Shown here one piece after another: positions 51,501-64,000 of a stretch of DNA of 64,000 nt. Every line of letters starts with the position of its first letter. Position 1 is the first letter of the stretch. The notes beneath the pieces were generated by a model that saw only the letters and a list, made by a program, of their open reading frames with translations, was not told the origin of the DNA and ran no database searches. Position numbers and translations under genes: made by a program. This stretch comes from Macrostomum lignano (Eukaryota), in contig NIVC01000725.1 of NCBI GenBank assembly GCA_002269645.1, forward strand, positions 62,001-126,000, given 5' to 3'.

Positions 51501-54500
51501 AGATGATAGAGAAAGAAGGAGCTACAAACAGTGTGAATAAAAGAGAGAATAAGACAGATGCAAAGACCAGAAATAGACATTAGAAGCCAGAAAGACAGAC
51601 AAGCAAAGGCCAATAAATCTCCGAGATAATAATTAGCACACAGCCAATAAATGAGGCATAGCAACGCACTGCTCCGCCCACCTCTTGGCCTCCATCTCCA
51701 TGGGGTCGAAGCCGTCGCCGCCGTAGGCAAACTGGACAACCTCGCCGCGGGCGCCGCGCACCGTGCCATCGTAGTGACAGCACAGATCTTCCAGCGCTTT
51801 CATCAGGCGGCGCTGCATGTAGCCAGTGTCGGCAGTTTTCACCGCCGTGTCAACCAGGCCCTCCCGGCCGCTCATAGTGTGAAAGAAGAACTCAGTAGGA
51901 CTCAAACCACTAAAGAAGCTATTCTCAACGAAGCCTTTCGCTTGCGGCAGCAGACTGCGCCGAGGAAAATGCGGCAACGAGCGGCCTTCGAAACCGTCCG
52001 GGGTTCGCTTGCCGCTGATGATCTGCTGGCCAACGCAGGCCACCATCTGGCTGACGTTGAGAAATGAGCCCTTGCTGCCGCAGTGGGCCATCACTAGTGG
52101 CGCGCTGGCCGGGTGCAGGTCGCGGCGGCAGGCCTACCGAGAGTGGGGGGAGGGATCAAGAGAAGATGACGAAATTTAAAGCTAAGGAAATTAATTAGCG
52201 AAACTGCCTACTAAAAGTAATAAAATAAAACTGAACACAGACACATACAGACACCGTAGACACATACAGACACCGTAGACACATACAGACACTGTAGAGA
52301 CACATACAGACACTGTAGAGACACATACAGACACTGTAGAGACACATACAGACACCGTAGACACATACAGACACCGTAGACACATACAGACACCGTAGAC
52401 ACATACAGACACTGTAGAGAGACATACAGACACAATAAAGACACGAAGACCGACAAACGTAAGGACATGCAGAATGGGCTCAGAAAGACAAAACAAAGGA
52501 CACAGACAGACAGACAGACAGACAGACAGTCAGACAGACAGACAGTCAGACAGACAGACAGACAGACAGACAGGCCAGCCGCCACTCACCTTGCCAGCCT
52601 CGTCGCGAATGTCAGACAGCTGTTTGCTCACGGCATTCTCAAGCGTCTGCTGGCCAGAGCAGCCGGGCTGAGTTGGCAGAGTGCCAGCCTCGTACTGGCG
52701 GATCAGCTCGCGGCAACGATCGAAGCCGAAGCGAACCAGGCCGGCCTTGGCTTCGAGCAGTCGTGGGCCGGGCGTGACGTCGCCAAGGCCGATGCTGAAG
52801 CCGCGATGCGACAAGTAGGCGGGGATCAGTCTGGTCAGCCTAGCCAGAACCGTGGCGCAGGCATCGCCGCCGAAATCGCGCAGCAGCAGGTAGACCAGAT
52901 TCTCCTTGCTGCCCGAGCCGATGATTTTCTTGTCAACTCGACCGGCGAGCAGTTCGCCGGAGCGGACCAGCACGTAGCCGTCGTTGGTGCAGAATTCTTC
53001 GCCGTCAGTGTAGATGGCTTTGGTTTTGGTGGCCAGGTTTATCGGGTACGGGTGCAGAATGCAGGAGAATATCTGCTTGCCGGACCACAGCTCCACTGGC
53101 TTGCAGATGGCTGGCGAGTGAGGTAGGAGGTGGATTCTGAGTCTGCACTTTTCGTCAGCTGGCGGAAGTTGACCCAGCAACTGCATGAGGATCTGGGAGA
53201 GCGGCCATGGCCCAGCAACTGAGGATCTGGGTGGCTGGCTCAGCAACTGATGATCTGGGTGGCTGGCTCAGCAACTGAGGATCTGGGGATCTAGCAATTG
53301 AGGATCTGGATGGCTGGCTCAGCAACTGAGGATCTGGATGGCTGGCTCAGCAACTGAGGATCTGGGTGGCTGGCTCAGCAACTGAGGATCTGGGTGGCTG
53401 GCTCAGCAACTGATGATCTGGGTGGCTGGCTCAGCAACTGAGGATCTGGGTGGCTGGCTCAGCAACTGAGGATCTGGGTGGCTGGCTCAGCAACTGAGGA
53501 TCTGGGCGGCTGGCTCGGCAACTGATGATCTGGGTGGCTGGCTCAGCAACTGAGGATCTGGGTGGCTGGCTCAGCAACTGAGGATCTGGATGGCTGGCTC
53601 AGCAACTGAGGATCTGGGGATCTAGCAACTGAGGATCTGGATGGCTGGCTCAGCAACTGATGATCTGGGCGGCTGGCTCAGCAACTGATGATCTGGGCGG
53701 CTGGCTCAGCAACTGATGATCTGGGTGGCTGGCTCAGCAACTGATGATCTGGGCGGCTGGCTCAGCAACTGAGGATCTGGGAGGCTGGCCCAGCAACTGA
53801 GGATCTGGGAGGCTGGCACAGCAACTGAGGATCTGGGAGGCTGTCACAGCAACTGAGGATCTGGGAGGCTGGCCCAGCAACTGATGGTGCGTACCTGGCG
53901 GAGGCAGCCTAACAGACAGGTGCTTTTCCTGAGGCGGCCGGCTTTGAACAAGCAGCTGAGCAGCCCGGTCCCTGTTGAAGAACACATCCTTGCAGGTGAT
54001 TAGGTAGGCCCCGGTGATGAAGTCCTGAATAGCAGCAATCAGCGGCTCTCCATTCCGAGGTGTGCTCATATTCTTAACTGAGGCCATGAGCTGCTTGGCC
54101 TCGGCGCGAGCCTCCTCAGTCTGCGGCACGTGCAAATTCATCTCGTCGCCGTCGAAATCGGCATTAAAAGGAGTGCAGCAGCACTCGTTGAAGCGCAGGG
54201 TTCGGTAGGGCTTCACAGAGACTCTGAAGGCCTGGAGGTTATTTGGTAGAATGGGTGATTCTGTACGGGATTTTGAGGTAATTTAATGGCAATTCTCAAT
54301 TCCAAGTTAATGCGCTGTGAGAGGGATTTCTTTGAGGGTTGTGAGGGCGATTCTGTAAGGATTGTGAGGGCGATTCTGTAAGGATTGTGAGGGCGATTCT
54401 GTAAGGGTTGTGAGGGCAATTACTTAAGGATTGTGAGGGCGATTCTGTAAGGATTGTGAGGGCGATTCTGTAAGGATTGTGAGGGCGATTCTGTAAGGGT

Positions 54501-57500
54501 TGTGAGGGCAATTACTTAAGGATTGTGAGGGCGATTCTGTAAGGGTTGTGAGGGAGATTCTTTAAGGGTTGTGAGGGCAATTACTTAAGGATTGTGAGGG
54601 CGATTCTGTAAGGGTTGTGAGGGAGATTCTGTAAGGGTTGTGAGGGCGATTCTGAAAGGGTTGTGAGGGCGATTCTGTAAGGGTTGTGAGGGCGGTTTTG
54701 TAAGGGTTGTGAGGGCGATTCCTTAAGGGTTTTGAGGGCGATTCCTTAAGGGTTTTGAGGGCGATTCCTTAAGGATTGTGAGGGCGATTCCTTAAGGGTT
54801 GTGAGGGCGATTCCTTAAGGGTTTTGAGGGCGATTCCTTAAGGGTTTTGAGGGCGATTCCTTAAGGGTTTTGAGGGCGATTCCTTAAGGATTGTGAGGGC
54901 GATTCCTTAAGGGTTGTGAGGGCGATTCCTTAAGGGTTTTGAGGGCGATTCCTTAAGGATTGTGAGGGCCGATCCCTAAGGATTGAGGGGCGATTAGTCA
55001 GTTTAGAGTGATTCCTAAGCGCAGCACAGAAGAGGAGAGGAGGCCACCTAGCCCCAGCGCAATGACCCTCACCTGGATGCTGACTCGGTGTAGCGATGGC
55101 TGCCTATTAAACAACACTGTGTCCTCATCCATGAGATGCCTTTCAACTGTGTCACCGCAGCGTAGTTCGTTAGCAATTTTTGAGCGAAATTTCTCGTTCG
55201 AAAATTCCAGCATTCGTTTGGGAAATCGACCGTCGTGAGCTTCGACGTAGAGAGCGCCAGGGTGCTGGTGGGCACCGTTGCAGATCAGTCGGCGAAGCTG
55301 TTCAATGTTGAAGCTGGTCACCCGGCTGGGGTAGGTCAACTTTCTGGCCATGAATTCTGGGACACCGACCTGTAAATTAGGAAATTGGGATGTGCTTGAT
55401 GGCTTAATTGGAAATCTCTGCTGCTCATAGGATGAGTCCAGTGTGCTCAGATGGCAGTTCTTAGATGTGTGCTCAGATGGCAGTTCTTAGATGTGTGCTC
55501 AGATGGCAGTTCTTAGGTGTGTGCTCAGATGGCAGTTCTTAGATGTGTGTTAAGATGGCAGTTCTTAGATGTGTGCTCAGATGGCAGTTCTTAGGTGTGT
55601 GCTCAGATGGCAGTTCTTAGATGTGTGCTCAGATGGCAGTTCTTAGATGTGTGCTCAGATGGCAGTTCTTAGATGTGTGCTCAGATTGCAGTTCTTAGGT
55701 GTGTGCTCAGATGGCAGTTCTTAGATGTGTGCTCAGATTGCAGTTCTTAGATGTGTGCTCAGATGGCAGTTCTTAGATGTGTGCTCAGATTGCAGTTCTT
55801 AGATGTGTGCTCAGATTGCAGTTCTTAGATGTGTGCTCAGATGGCAGTTCTTAGATGTGTGCTCAGATGGCAATTCTTAGATGTGTGCTCAGATGGCAGT
55901 TCTTAGGTGTGTTAAGATGGCAGTTCTTAGGTGTGTTAAGATGGCAGTTCTTAGATGTGTGCTCAGATGGCAGTTCTTAGATGTGTGCTCAGATTGCTCA
56001 GATTCAGTTTAATTTTCAAACAAAAATTGGATAGAGTGCTTTAGAAGGAGTGCTTAGTCGGGATATTCTCAGAATACTTAGTATCTAAGCTCCCGGGGTA
56101 ATATACCTGAATATACAGATTGTCTATCAAAAAATAGACAAGCGCAACACCCACCTGATCGATACGCAGATTAGGATCTGGGCTGATAACGGTTCTAGCA
56201 GTGAAATTGGCTCGCTTTCCTGACAGATGACCACGGAATCGGCCCTGCTTGCCTTTCAGGCGTTGTATATAGCCGCGTACAAATGATCTGCTGCCTAATA
56301 GCTGAGTAGGTATGCCGCTATTCTCCGAGTTGATCATCTGAGCAGTCACGTAGGTTAGAATATCCCAGGCCTGTTGCAGAGCCACCATGTCGCGATTTGA
56401 TGCGGCCTGCTTGTTAAGCACGTCCCGATTTAAGAAGGCGATATCGCTCAGTTTTGCGGTGATGTCGTCTTCTGTGGTACCGGCTCTCACCTGGTTTATT
56501 GGGCAGGTGGTGGGGCGATTCTTCATCGCATGGAATGGCGATTCTTCATTATATGGGAGGACGATTCTTCGTGGTATGGAAAGGCGATTCTTCATGGCAA
56601 GGAAGGGCGATTCTTCATGGCATGGAAAGGCGATTCTTTATGGTATGGAAAGGCGATTCTTCATGGTATGGAAAGGCGATTCTTCATGGTATGGAAAGGC
56701 GATTCTTCATGGTATGGAAAGGCGATTCTTCATGGTATGGAAGGGCGATTCTTCGTGGTATGGAAGGGCGATTCTTCATGGTATGGAAGGGCGATTCTTT
56801 ATGGTATGGGAGATTCTTCATGGGATGGAAGGGCGATTCTTTATGGTATGGGAGATTGTTCATGGGATGGAAGGGCGATTCTTTATGGTATGGGAGATTC
56901 TTCATGGGATGGAAGGGCGATTCTTTATGGGATGGAAGGGCGATTCTTCATGGGATGGAAGGGCGATTCTTCATGGTATGGGAGATTGTTCATGGGATGG
57001 AAGGGCGATTCTTCATGGTATGGAAGATTGTTCATGGGTTGGAGAGCGATTCTTCATGGGATTGATCCGTTGAGTAAATGTATATTATAATTTATTTCAG
57101 CTAAGTGTCGTGTACCCTGCCAGAAATGTTTACCTCTGACACTACCGACGGCCGTAAAGCATTAGGCGGCACTGGCACTCTAGTCAGGATCAGGTCGCGG
57201 GGATGGGCCCGATCGCTATGCATACATAGCAGCGGTATGTCTTCCAATGGAATAGCATTAAGCAGCTGCAACACCTGCAGAGCGCGCAAAGGTTCAATAC
57301 CTTTGTCAACCAGCGGCTTGAGCTCTGGCATCTTCTCAATCATATAGGCGAACTGTTCGATGTGTTTAGCCAAAGCATCGCCTTTAGAGAATCGGAATTT
57401 GTCGTGCAAAACGTAAGCTAATCCGCCTTTCTTTACAAATCCATTGACAGCGTTGCAGTGCGGACAATTGTGCACAGATTTAGCTAAGCTGTGTATCTTT

Positions 57501-57925
57501 TTACGCAGAGCTTTCTTAGCCAGGTAAGACAGATTCGGCCGGCGCAATACGTTCAAGTACTGATCGCGTTTCTCGCCAGATAGCAACACCCGAGAGCAAG
57601 ATTTGCAGATGCTCTGCAATATTTTCACAATGTGATTTAGGTAGCCGCAGTGGAACACCGGCAAGGCCAGGTCAACGTAACCGAAATGACCCATGCAGTC
57701 GTGAAAAGAGTCGCCGCACACGGCGCAGGATTCATTTTTTCGACAGGTGCCAAGACGAGGATCAAGGACGCCGCCATCTGCCGGCTTGCGGTTCTCTAAA
57801 TTGTACATGTCTTTAGTCGTGACGCGCATGTGACTTGCAGCGCGTATCTCGTCGGCGCTGAGCACAGTGAAAGTCACGTGACTGACCTTTTTTGTCACGT
57901 TCTGATTGTAGAATTGCTCTTTCAT
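48571..57925 (-). CDS. POLR3A: RNA polymerase III largest subunit RPC1
   Basis: Eight exons: 57925-57134, 56490-56155, 55369-55073, 54231-53895, 53110-52590, 52133-51682, 50332-49617, 49199-48571 (~1360 aa), phases consistent. MKEQF start typical of RPC1, Zn clamp [27 protein letters not shown], catalytic NADFDGD, trigger loop [11 protein letters not shown]. Confidence 0.96.
49240..49575. repeat. (TCTG)n-rich microsatellite in POLR3A intron 7
   Basis: Direct reading. Confidence 0.92.
50440..51500. repeat. ~1.05-kb almost pure homopurine (G/A) array in POLR3A intron 6
   Basis: Units such as GAGGAGAAGAGAGGGAGAGGG. Confidence 0.97.
52225..52575. repeat. ~20-nt (GACACATACAGACACCGTA)n plus (CAGA)n in POLR3A intron 5
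   Basis: Direct reading. Confidence 0.92.
53180..53885. repeat. 27-28-nt minisatellite (GAGGATCTGGGTGGCTGGCTCAGCAACT)n in POLR3A intron 4
   Basis: About 25 units; same family as the array in PCTP intron 1. Confidence 0.97.
54300..54990. repeat. 23-nt minisatellite (TTGTGAGGGCGATTCTGTAAGGG)n in POLR3A intron 3
   Basis: About 29 units. Confidence 0.96.
55445..55995. repeat. 26-nt minisatellite (TCTTAGATGTGTGCTCAGATGGCAGT)n in POLR3A intron 2
   Basis: About 21 units. Confidence 0.97.
56510..57060. repeat. 23-nt minisatellite (ATGGTATGGAAGGGCGATTCTTC)n in POLR3A intron 1
   Basis: About 24 units. Confidence 0.96.
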
Positions 57926-58094
57926 TTTTCTTCAGCAGTCGTTGAATTAATAAACGATTTTTAATACTACAAAACTAATCAAGAGGCATCCTAATGACTG
58001 AATGCGAAGACGGTGCTGTCTGAAAGAGGTAAAATCGCGAATAGTGCTAATAGTTAGGTCAGTTTAACCCAATTTACCTCCTAGTAAGAAAGAA

Positions 58095-58328
58095 TAGATA
58101 AGAGGAAAGGAGAGAATAGAGATGAGAGAGAGAGAGAAGACGGGAGAGAATAGAGATGAGAGAGAAGACGGGAGAGAATAGAGATGAGAGAGAGAAGACG
58201 GGAGAGAATACAGATGAGAGAGAGAAGACGGGAGAGAAAAGAGATGAGAGAGAGAAGACGGGAGAGAATAGAGATGAGAGAGAAGACGGGAGAGAATAGA
58301 AATGAGAGAGAAGACGGGAGAGAATAGA

Positions 58329-58390
<62 letters not shown>

Positions 58391-58546
58391 CGGGATAGAA
58401 TAGAGATGAGAGAGAAGACGGGAGAGAATAGAGATGAGAGAGAAGACGGGAGAGAATAGAGATGAGAGAGAGAAGACGGGAGAGAATAGAGATGAGAGAG
58501 AAGACGGGAGAGAATAGAAATGAGAGAGAAGACGGGAGAAAATAGA

Positions 58547-58625
<79 letters not shown>

Positions 58626-58860
58626 AGACGGGATAGAATAGAGATGAGAAAGAGAAGACGGGAGAGAATAGAGATGAGAGAGAAGACGGGAGAGAATAGA
58701 GATGAGAGAGAAGACGGGAGAGAATAGAAATGAGAGAGAAGACGGGAGAGAATAGAGATGAGAGAGAGAGAGAAGACGGGATAGAGTAGAGATGAGAAAG
58801 AGAAGACGGGAGAGAATAGAGATGAGAGAGAGAAGACGGGAGAGAATAGAGCGGAGAAGG
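58095..58860. repeat. GA-rich ~28-30-nt minisatellite (GAGAATAGAGATGAGAGAGAAGACGG)n with (GA)n runs, upstream of POLR3A
   Basis: Direct reading. Confidence 0.96.
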
Positions 58861-59604
58861 TGGAGAAAATGGAAGACAGAAGAGGGGAGACGAGAGGCGA
58901 AAATAGAAAATGAGAGGATAGAATAGAGAATAGTGTCTAAAAGCTATGGAATATCTCTAAACTATTCAACCTGTGTACAAAGAAATAAATAGATTAAAAC
59001 AATTTGGTATAAATAATTTAATTTGGTTATTTTAAAAGTACGCATTTACAACTGATAGCGCTACAATTGTACCTATAGAAAATTTCAATGATAAAGTTAT
59101 AACCTAAAATGTAGAAATGATTCTACTATAAAAAGTGATTTGGCTAGCTAAATTAACACAGTAGAGAGAAGTTTAAGATCGGAACCTGCCGAACAAAAAA
59201 TACACCTTAGTTTTAAAGCAATTAGTCTTTGTTCGAATGTACATTATACACAAAAACGCGCATAGCAATAAAGTTAGTTTTAATACGATTAACCAAAATC
59301 ATTTTTTGTAAAGATATCTTTTAGTCGCTTCTTCCTCTGGAAAAGGAACAAAAGAAGAAATTATGGAATGTTCGGACGGAAAATTGCAGTAAAGTGAATC
59401 GAAACGGTGACCAATATGCAGGCTCTTAAGAGTAAAGTCCGCATTTTTGTCTAATTGAAAGCTGCTTGTTAGGCAGCAAAGACGTCAAAATAGACCTGCA
59501 TTTGACCTGAGCAACAACTGGCTGCTGAAGAATATACTTGTTAGAGTCGCAGTTCTGTAAAACTGTGTTTAAATGAACTAATTTGTTAAACACCTCGGAA
59601 AAAG

Positions 59605-60620
59605 ACTTCTGGGAGGCTGGCCCAGCAACTGAGGATCTGGGAGGCTGGGAGGCTGGCCCAGCAACTGAGGATCTGGGAGGCTGGGAGGCTGGCCCAGCAA
59701 CTGAGGATCTGGGAGGCTGGCACAGCAACTGACACTCTGGGAGGCTGGCCCTGCAACTGAGGATCTGGGAGGCTGGCCCAGCAACTAAGGATCTTGGAGG
59801 CTGGCCCAGCAACTAAGGATCTGGGAGGCTGGCCCAGCAACTGAGGATCTGGGAGGCTGGATCAGCAACTGAGGATCTGGGAAGCTGGCCCAGCAACTAA
59901 GGATCTGGGAGGCTGGCCCAGCAACTGAGGATCTGGGAAGCTGGCCCAGCAACTGAGGATCTGGGAGGCTGGCCCAGCAACTGACACTCTGGGAGGCTGG
60001 CCCTGCAACTGAGGATCTGGGAGGCTGGCCCTGCAACTGAGGATCTGGGAGGCTGGATCAGCAACTGAGGATCTGGGAAGCTGGCCCAGCAACTAAGGAT
60101 CTGGGAGGCTGGCACAGCAACTGAGGATCTGGGAGGCTGGCCCAGCAACTAAGGATCTGGGAGGCTGGCACAGCAACTGAGGATCTGGGAGGCTGGCCCA
60201 GCAACTGAGGATCTGGGAGGCTGGCCCAGCAACTGAGGATCTGGGAGGCTGGCCCAGCAACTGAGGATCTGGGAGGCTGGCCCAGCAACTGACACTCTGG
60301 GAGGCTGGCCCTGCAACTGAGGATCTGGGAGGCTGGCCCTGCAACTGAGGATCTGGGAGGCTGGATCAGCAACTGAGGATCTGGGAAGCTGGCCCAGCAA
60401 CTAAGGATCTGGGAGGCTGGCACAGCAACTGAGGATCTGGGAGGCTGGCCCAGCAACTAAGGATCTGGGAGGCTGGCACAGCAACTGAGGATCTGGGAGG
60501 CTGGCCCAGCAACTAAGGATCTGGGAGGCTGGCCTTGCAACTAAGGATCTGGGAGGCTGGCTCAGCAACTGAGGATCTGGGAAGCTGGCTCAGCAACTGA
60601 GGATCTGTGTGGCTGGCCAG
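59605..60620. repeat. 28-nt minisatellite (GAGGATCTGGGAGGCTGGCCCAGCAACT)n just downstream of the SCLT1 stop
   Basis: About 36 units; third locus of this family. Confidence 0.97.
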
Positions 60621-60687
60621 CATATACAGTTTAAAGTTAGATCTTTAAGCCAAATACAGAACTAAAGTTAATACCGTCGCAGCCATA

Positions 60688-63600
60688 TTACTCGGCCACC
60701 ACAGCCGCAGGCGGTGACTGCGGCAGGTCGCCGCCACCGCCTCCAGCGCGCCGTTGCCGCCGCTGGCCAGCAGCCGCAGCCGACACCTGCAGCCGCTCCT
60801 CCAGCCGCTTGGCCGCCCGGTCCCTCTCGCGCAGAGCCGCCTCCGTTTCCTGCAGCTGCCGCTGGCTGTGCCGAAGCGCCCCGGCCAGCTCCTCCGCCCG
60901 CCTGTTAAGCCGCTCGGACTCGACACGTCGCTCGTCGAGCGCCCGTTCGAGCTTCTCCGCGAGGCCGTGAGCTTCGTCTTTCCAACGCTGGGCAAGCCGC
61001 TGCTGACCAGCTAAGAGGTTGCGAATTCCGCTGACTGTCTGGCGGCTGGTGTCCGCCTCGGCTGTGCGGCGAATCTCCAGCTGGTTGAATCGCATCTGCC
61101 AGTCGTGCTCGGCTTGTTGAAGTTCCGCTTTTAAGCGACGCTCGGCTGCTGCGCAATCGCGTTTGGCTGCGTTGCATCTGGCGATTGGATTGGGATTGAA
61201 GTACCTGATGTACTTTTTCTGTTCAAATACGAGTATTAAAATAGTCAACGTGTTGCTCAATATGTCGGTAAATGTGTCGCTAACCAAGTCGCTCAATATG
61301 TCAGTGAATGTGTCGCTAAACAAGTCGCTCAATATGTCAGTGAATGTGTCGCTAAACAAGTCGCTCAATATGTCAGTAAATGTGTCGCTAATCTAGTCGC
61401 TCAATATGTCGGTAAATGTGTCGTTAATCAAGTCGCTCAATATGTCGGTAAATGTGTCGCTAATCAAGTCACTTATTATGTCGGTAAATGTGTCGCTAAT
61501 CAAGTCACTTATTATGTCGGTAAATGTGTCGTTAATCAAGTCGCTTAATAAGTCGGTAACTGTGTCGCTAATCAAGTCGCTTATTATGTCGGTAAATATG
61601 TCGCTAGACATTCCACCTATTGCATCGATTAAAAAAACAATCGCTAAAACACGACATCGACTTACTTATTCTCAGCCTCCTCAGCCCTGGCCATAGCCGA
61701 GTCCCGCTCAGCAGTGCACCGTTCAAGCGAGGCGGCAACGCTAGCCGTGTGCTCCTTGGCGCTGGTCAGATCCGTAGCCAGCTGGGACCGCTCGCTGCGC
61801 CAGGCCAGCTCTTCGCGTCGGCGCTCCTGAGCCAGGCCGTCTAATCGAAGCTGGCAGGCGTCTCGTTCCCGTTCAGCGCTTAGCAATCGACGCTGAAGAT
61901 CCTCCCTAGCCGAGGCGTCCTCCTTCGAGCGCAGCAAATTGTCGCGCGCCTGTCTGTCCAGTTCCGCTTCGGCTAAGCGTTTCTCTTTCACTGCGCGTTC
62001 AGTCGACGCGCGAGCTTCAGCGGCGGCGGTCTCGGCCTGGCTGAGCTGCTCAGTGAGGGATTCGATGCGAGAGTTGGCCTCCTGACGAACTGCGGACACC
62101 TCTTCGCGAGTGCGAGCTCCGGCATCGTCTACTAGCTGGTTTAGCGCGGCCTGGTTTAACAAATTTTGTATGGCGCATTATACACTACTGCCATGCTAAG
62201 TAGTTTTAAGTCGTCTAATTGAGTTGTTAATTGTTAAAATTTGAAACAAAAGCTCGAGGATTTTATAGGTAGCTTGAGGATCTTATTGGGCTTGAGGATC
62301 CTATGGGAAGCTTGAGGATCTTATGGCAAGCTGGATGATCTTATGGGAATCTTGAGGATCTCATTGGGCTTGAGGATCTTATGGGAAGCTTGAAGACCTT
62401 ATTGGGCTTGAGGATATTATGGGAAGCTTGAAGACCTTATTGGGCTTGAGGATCTTATGGGAAGCTTGAAGACCTTATTGGGCTTGAGGATATTATGGGA
62501 AGCTTGAAGACCTTATTGGGCTTGAGGATCTTATGGGAAGCTTGAGGGTCTCATGGCAAGCTGGAGGATCCTATGGGAATCTTGAGTATATTATTGGGCT
62601 TGAGGATCTTATGGAAAGCTTGAGGATATTATTGGGCTTAAGGATCCTATGGGAATCTTGAGTATATTTATTGGGCTTGAGGATCTTATGGGAAGCTTGG
62701 GGATCTTATGGGAATCTTGAGGATCTTATGGGAATCTTAAGGATCTTATTGGGCTTGAGGATCTTATGGGATGCTTGAGGATCTTATTGGGCTTGAGGAT
62801 CTTATGGGATGCTTGAGGATCTTATTGGGCTTGAGGATCTTATTGGGCTTGAGGACCTTATTGGGCTTGAGGATCTTATGGGAATCTTGAGGATCTTATT
62901 GGGCTTGAGGATCTTATTGGGCTTGAGGATCCTATGGCAAGCTGAAAGATCTTATGGGAATCTTGAGGGTCTCATGGCAAGCTGGGGGATCTTATGCAAA
63001 TCTTGAGGAAGACTAACGATCCTATGAGAAGCCTGAACATCAGCTAAGAAACCTCCCAAAAGAAGTTTTGGGCATTTAAAGAAAGGAATTCTGGAGATCT
63101 CAGAGCTTGAAGGTGCAGTCTGTCAGGAAACGTCGTCTATAAATAGCGCATAGCACTAATTAACTAGTCCAGAATATTATTACTAACTATTTTACCTGCA
63201 ATCGCTCGCATTCGGCTCTGGTTGAGGCTAACTCAGTGACCACTTCGGATTTCTCGTGTACAGCGGCCTCGGCTGTTGAAACAGCGTCTCGAACCTGATT
63301 AGTGGCGTGCGATACAAACTATATAGATAAGGACTTTCTGCACTTTCTCCACTATATAGACAGAGACAGACGGACAGACACTAAGACAGACAGACAGTAT
63401 AAGACACTCAGACAGACACAGACTCGGACAGACACACACAGACAGGCGGACAGACTGAGACAGAGACATACAGACAGGCGGTCAGACTGAGACAGACACA
63501 CACAGGTGGACAGACTGGGACAGACACACACAGACAGGCGGACAGACTGAGACAGAGACATACAGACAAGCGGACAGACTGAGACAGGCACATACAGACA

Positions 63601-64000
63601 GGTGGACAGATTGAGACAGACACACACAGACAGGCGGACAGACTGAGACAGAGACATACAGACAGGCGGACAGACTGAGACAGGCACACACAGACAGGCG
63701 GACAGACTGAGACAGACACATCAGACAGGCGGTCAGACTGAGACAGGCACACAGACAGGTGGACAGACTGAGACAGACACATACAGACAGGCGGTCAGAC
63801 TGGGACAGACACATACAGACAGGCGGACAGACTGAGACAGGCAGACACAGACAGGCGGTCAGATTGGGACAGGCACACACAGACAGGTGGACAGGCTCAA
63901 ACAGAACACGCGGAGCCAGCCGACGAGTGCCCCTACTTGCTCAGCCGCCTGAGCGGCAGCCTCTTCGGCCTCCTGCAGCCGCTCCTGCAGCTCCAGCACG
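60688..64000 (-). CDS. SCLT1: Sodium channel and clathrin linker 1 (centriole distal-appendage coiled-coil protein), 3' portion; 5' end outside window
   Basis: Exons >64000-63937, 63294-63196, 62150-61666, 61177-60688, phases consistent. Motifs DAGARTREEV, RLLSAERERDACQLRL and IRNLLAGQQRLAQRWKDEA resemble SCLT1 from recall; no alignment was run. Confidence 0.72.
61250..61610. repeat. 36-nt minisatellite (AATGTGTCGCTAATCAAGTCGCTCAATATGTCGGTA)n in the last SCLT1 intron
   Basis: About 10 units. Confidence 0.95.
62260..63010. repeat. 18-20-nt minisatellite (GAGGATCTTATGGGAAGCTT / GAGGATCTTATTGGGCTT)n in a SCLT1 intron
   Basis: Direct reading. Confidence 0.94.
63345..63900. repeat. CAGA-rich compound repeat in a SCLT1 intron
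   Basis: Direct reading. Confidence 0.93.

Noticed and set aside
60688-64000. SDCCAG8 as the identity of the coiled-coil gene
   Set aside because: The LLAxQQxxAxRWKxE and AERxxDxxQLRL motifs fit SCLT1 better, by recall.

Overview
Eukaryotic (metazoan) genomic DNA, not prokaryotic. The style (compact housekeeping genes, introns stuffed with minisatellites, splice-acceptor motifs just upstream of most start codons) suggests a trans-splicing flatworm such as Macrostomum; this assignment is inference only. I assembled nine spliced protein-coding genes by hand with consistent intron phases: an ovo/shavenbaby-like zinc-finger gene (-, 3' end not found in the window); an uncharacterised ~514-aa four-repeat protein (+) whose CaaX-like end (SSCCVVL*) is one base out of frame; and seven consecutive minus-strand genes (SCLT1 partial, POLR3A, SH3BP5, PCTP with an internal deletion, mitochondrial release factor MTRF1L-like, SCAI, RNPS1) that form a candidate SL-trans-spliced operon-like cluster. 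More than 30 tandem arrays fill introns and intergenic gaps and account for most long ORFs in the supplied track. There are also two intact non-autonomous hAT elements with 8-bp TSDs, two smaller MITEs and a four-copy intronic hairpin element. I saw no rRNA, tRNA or CRISPR array.
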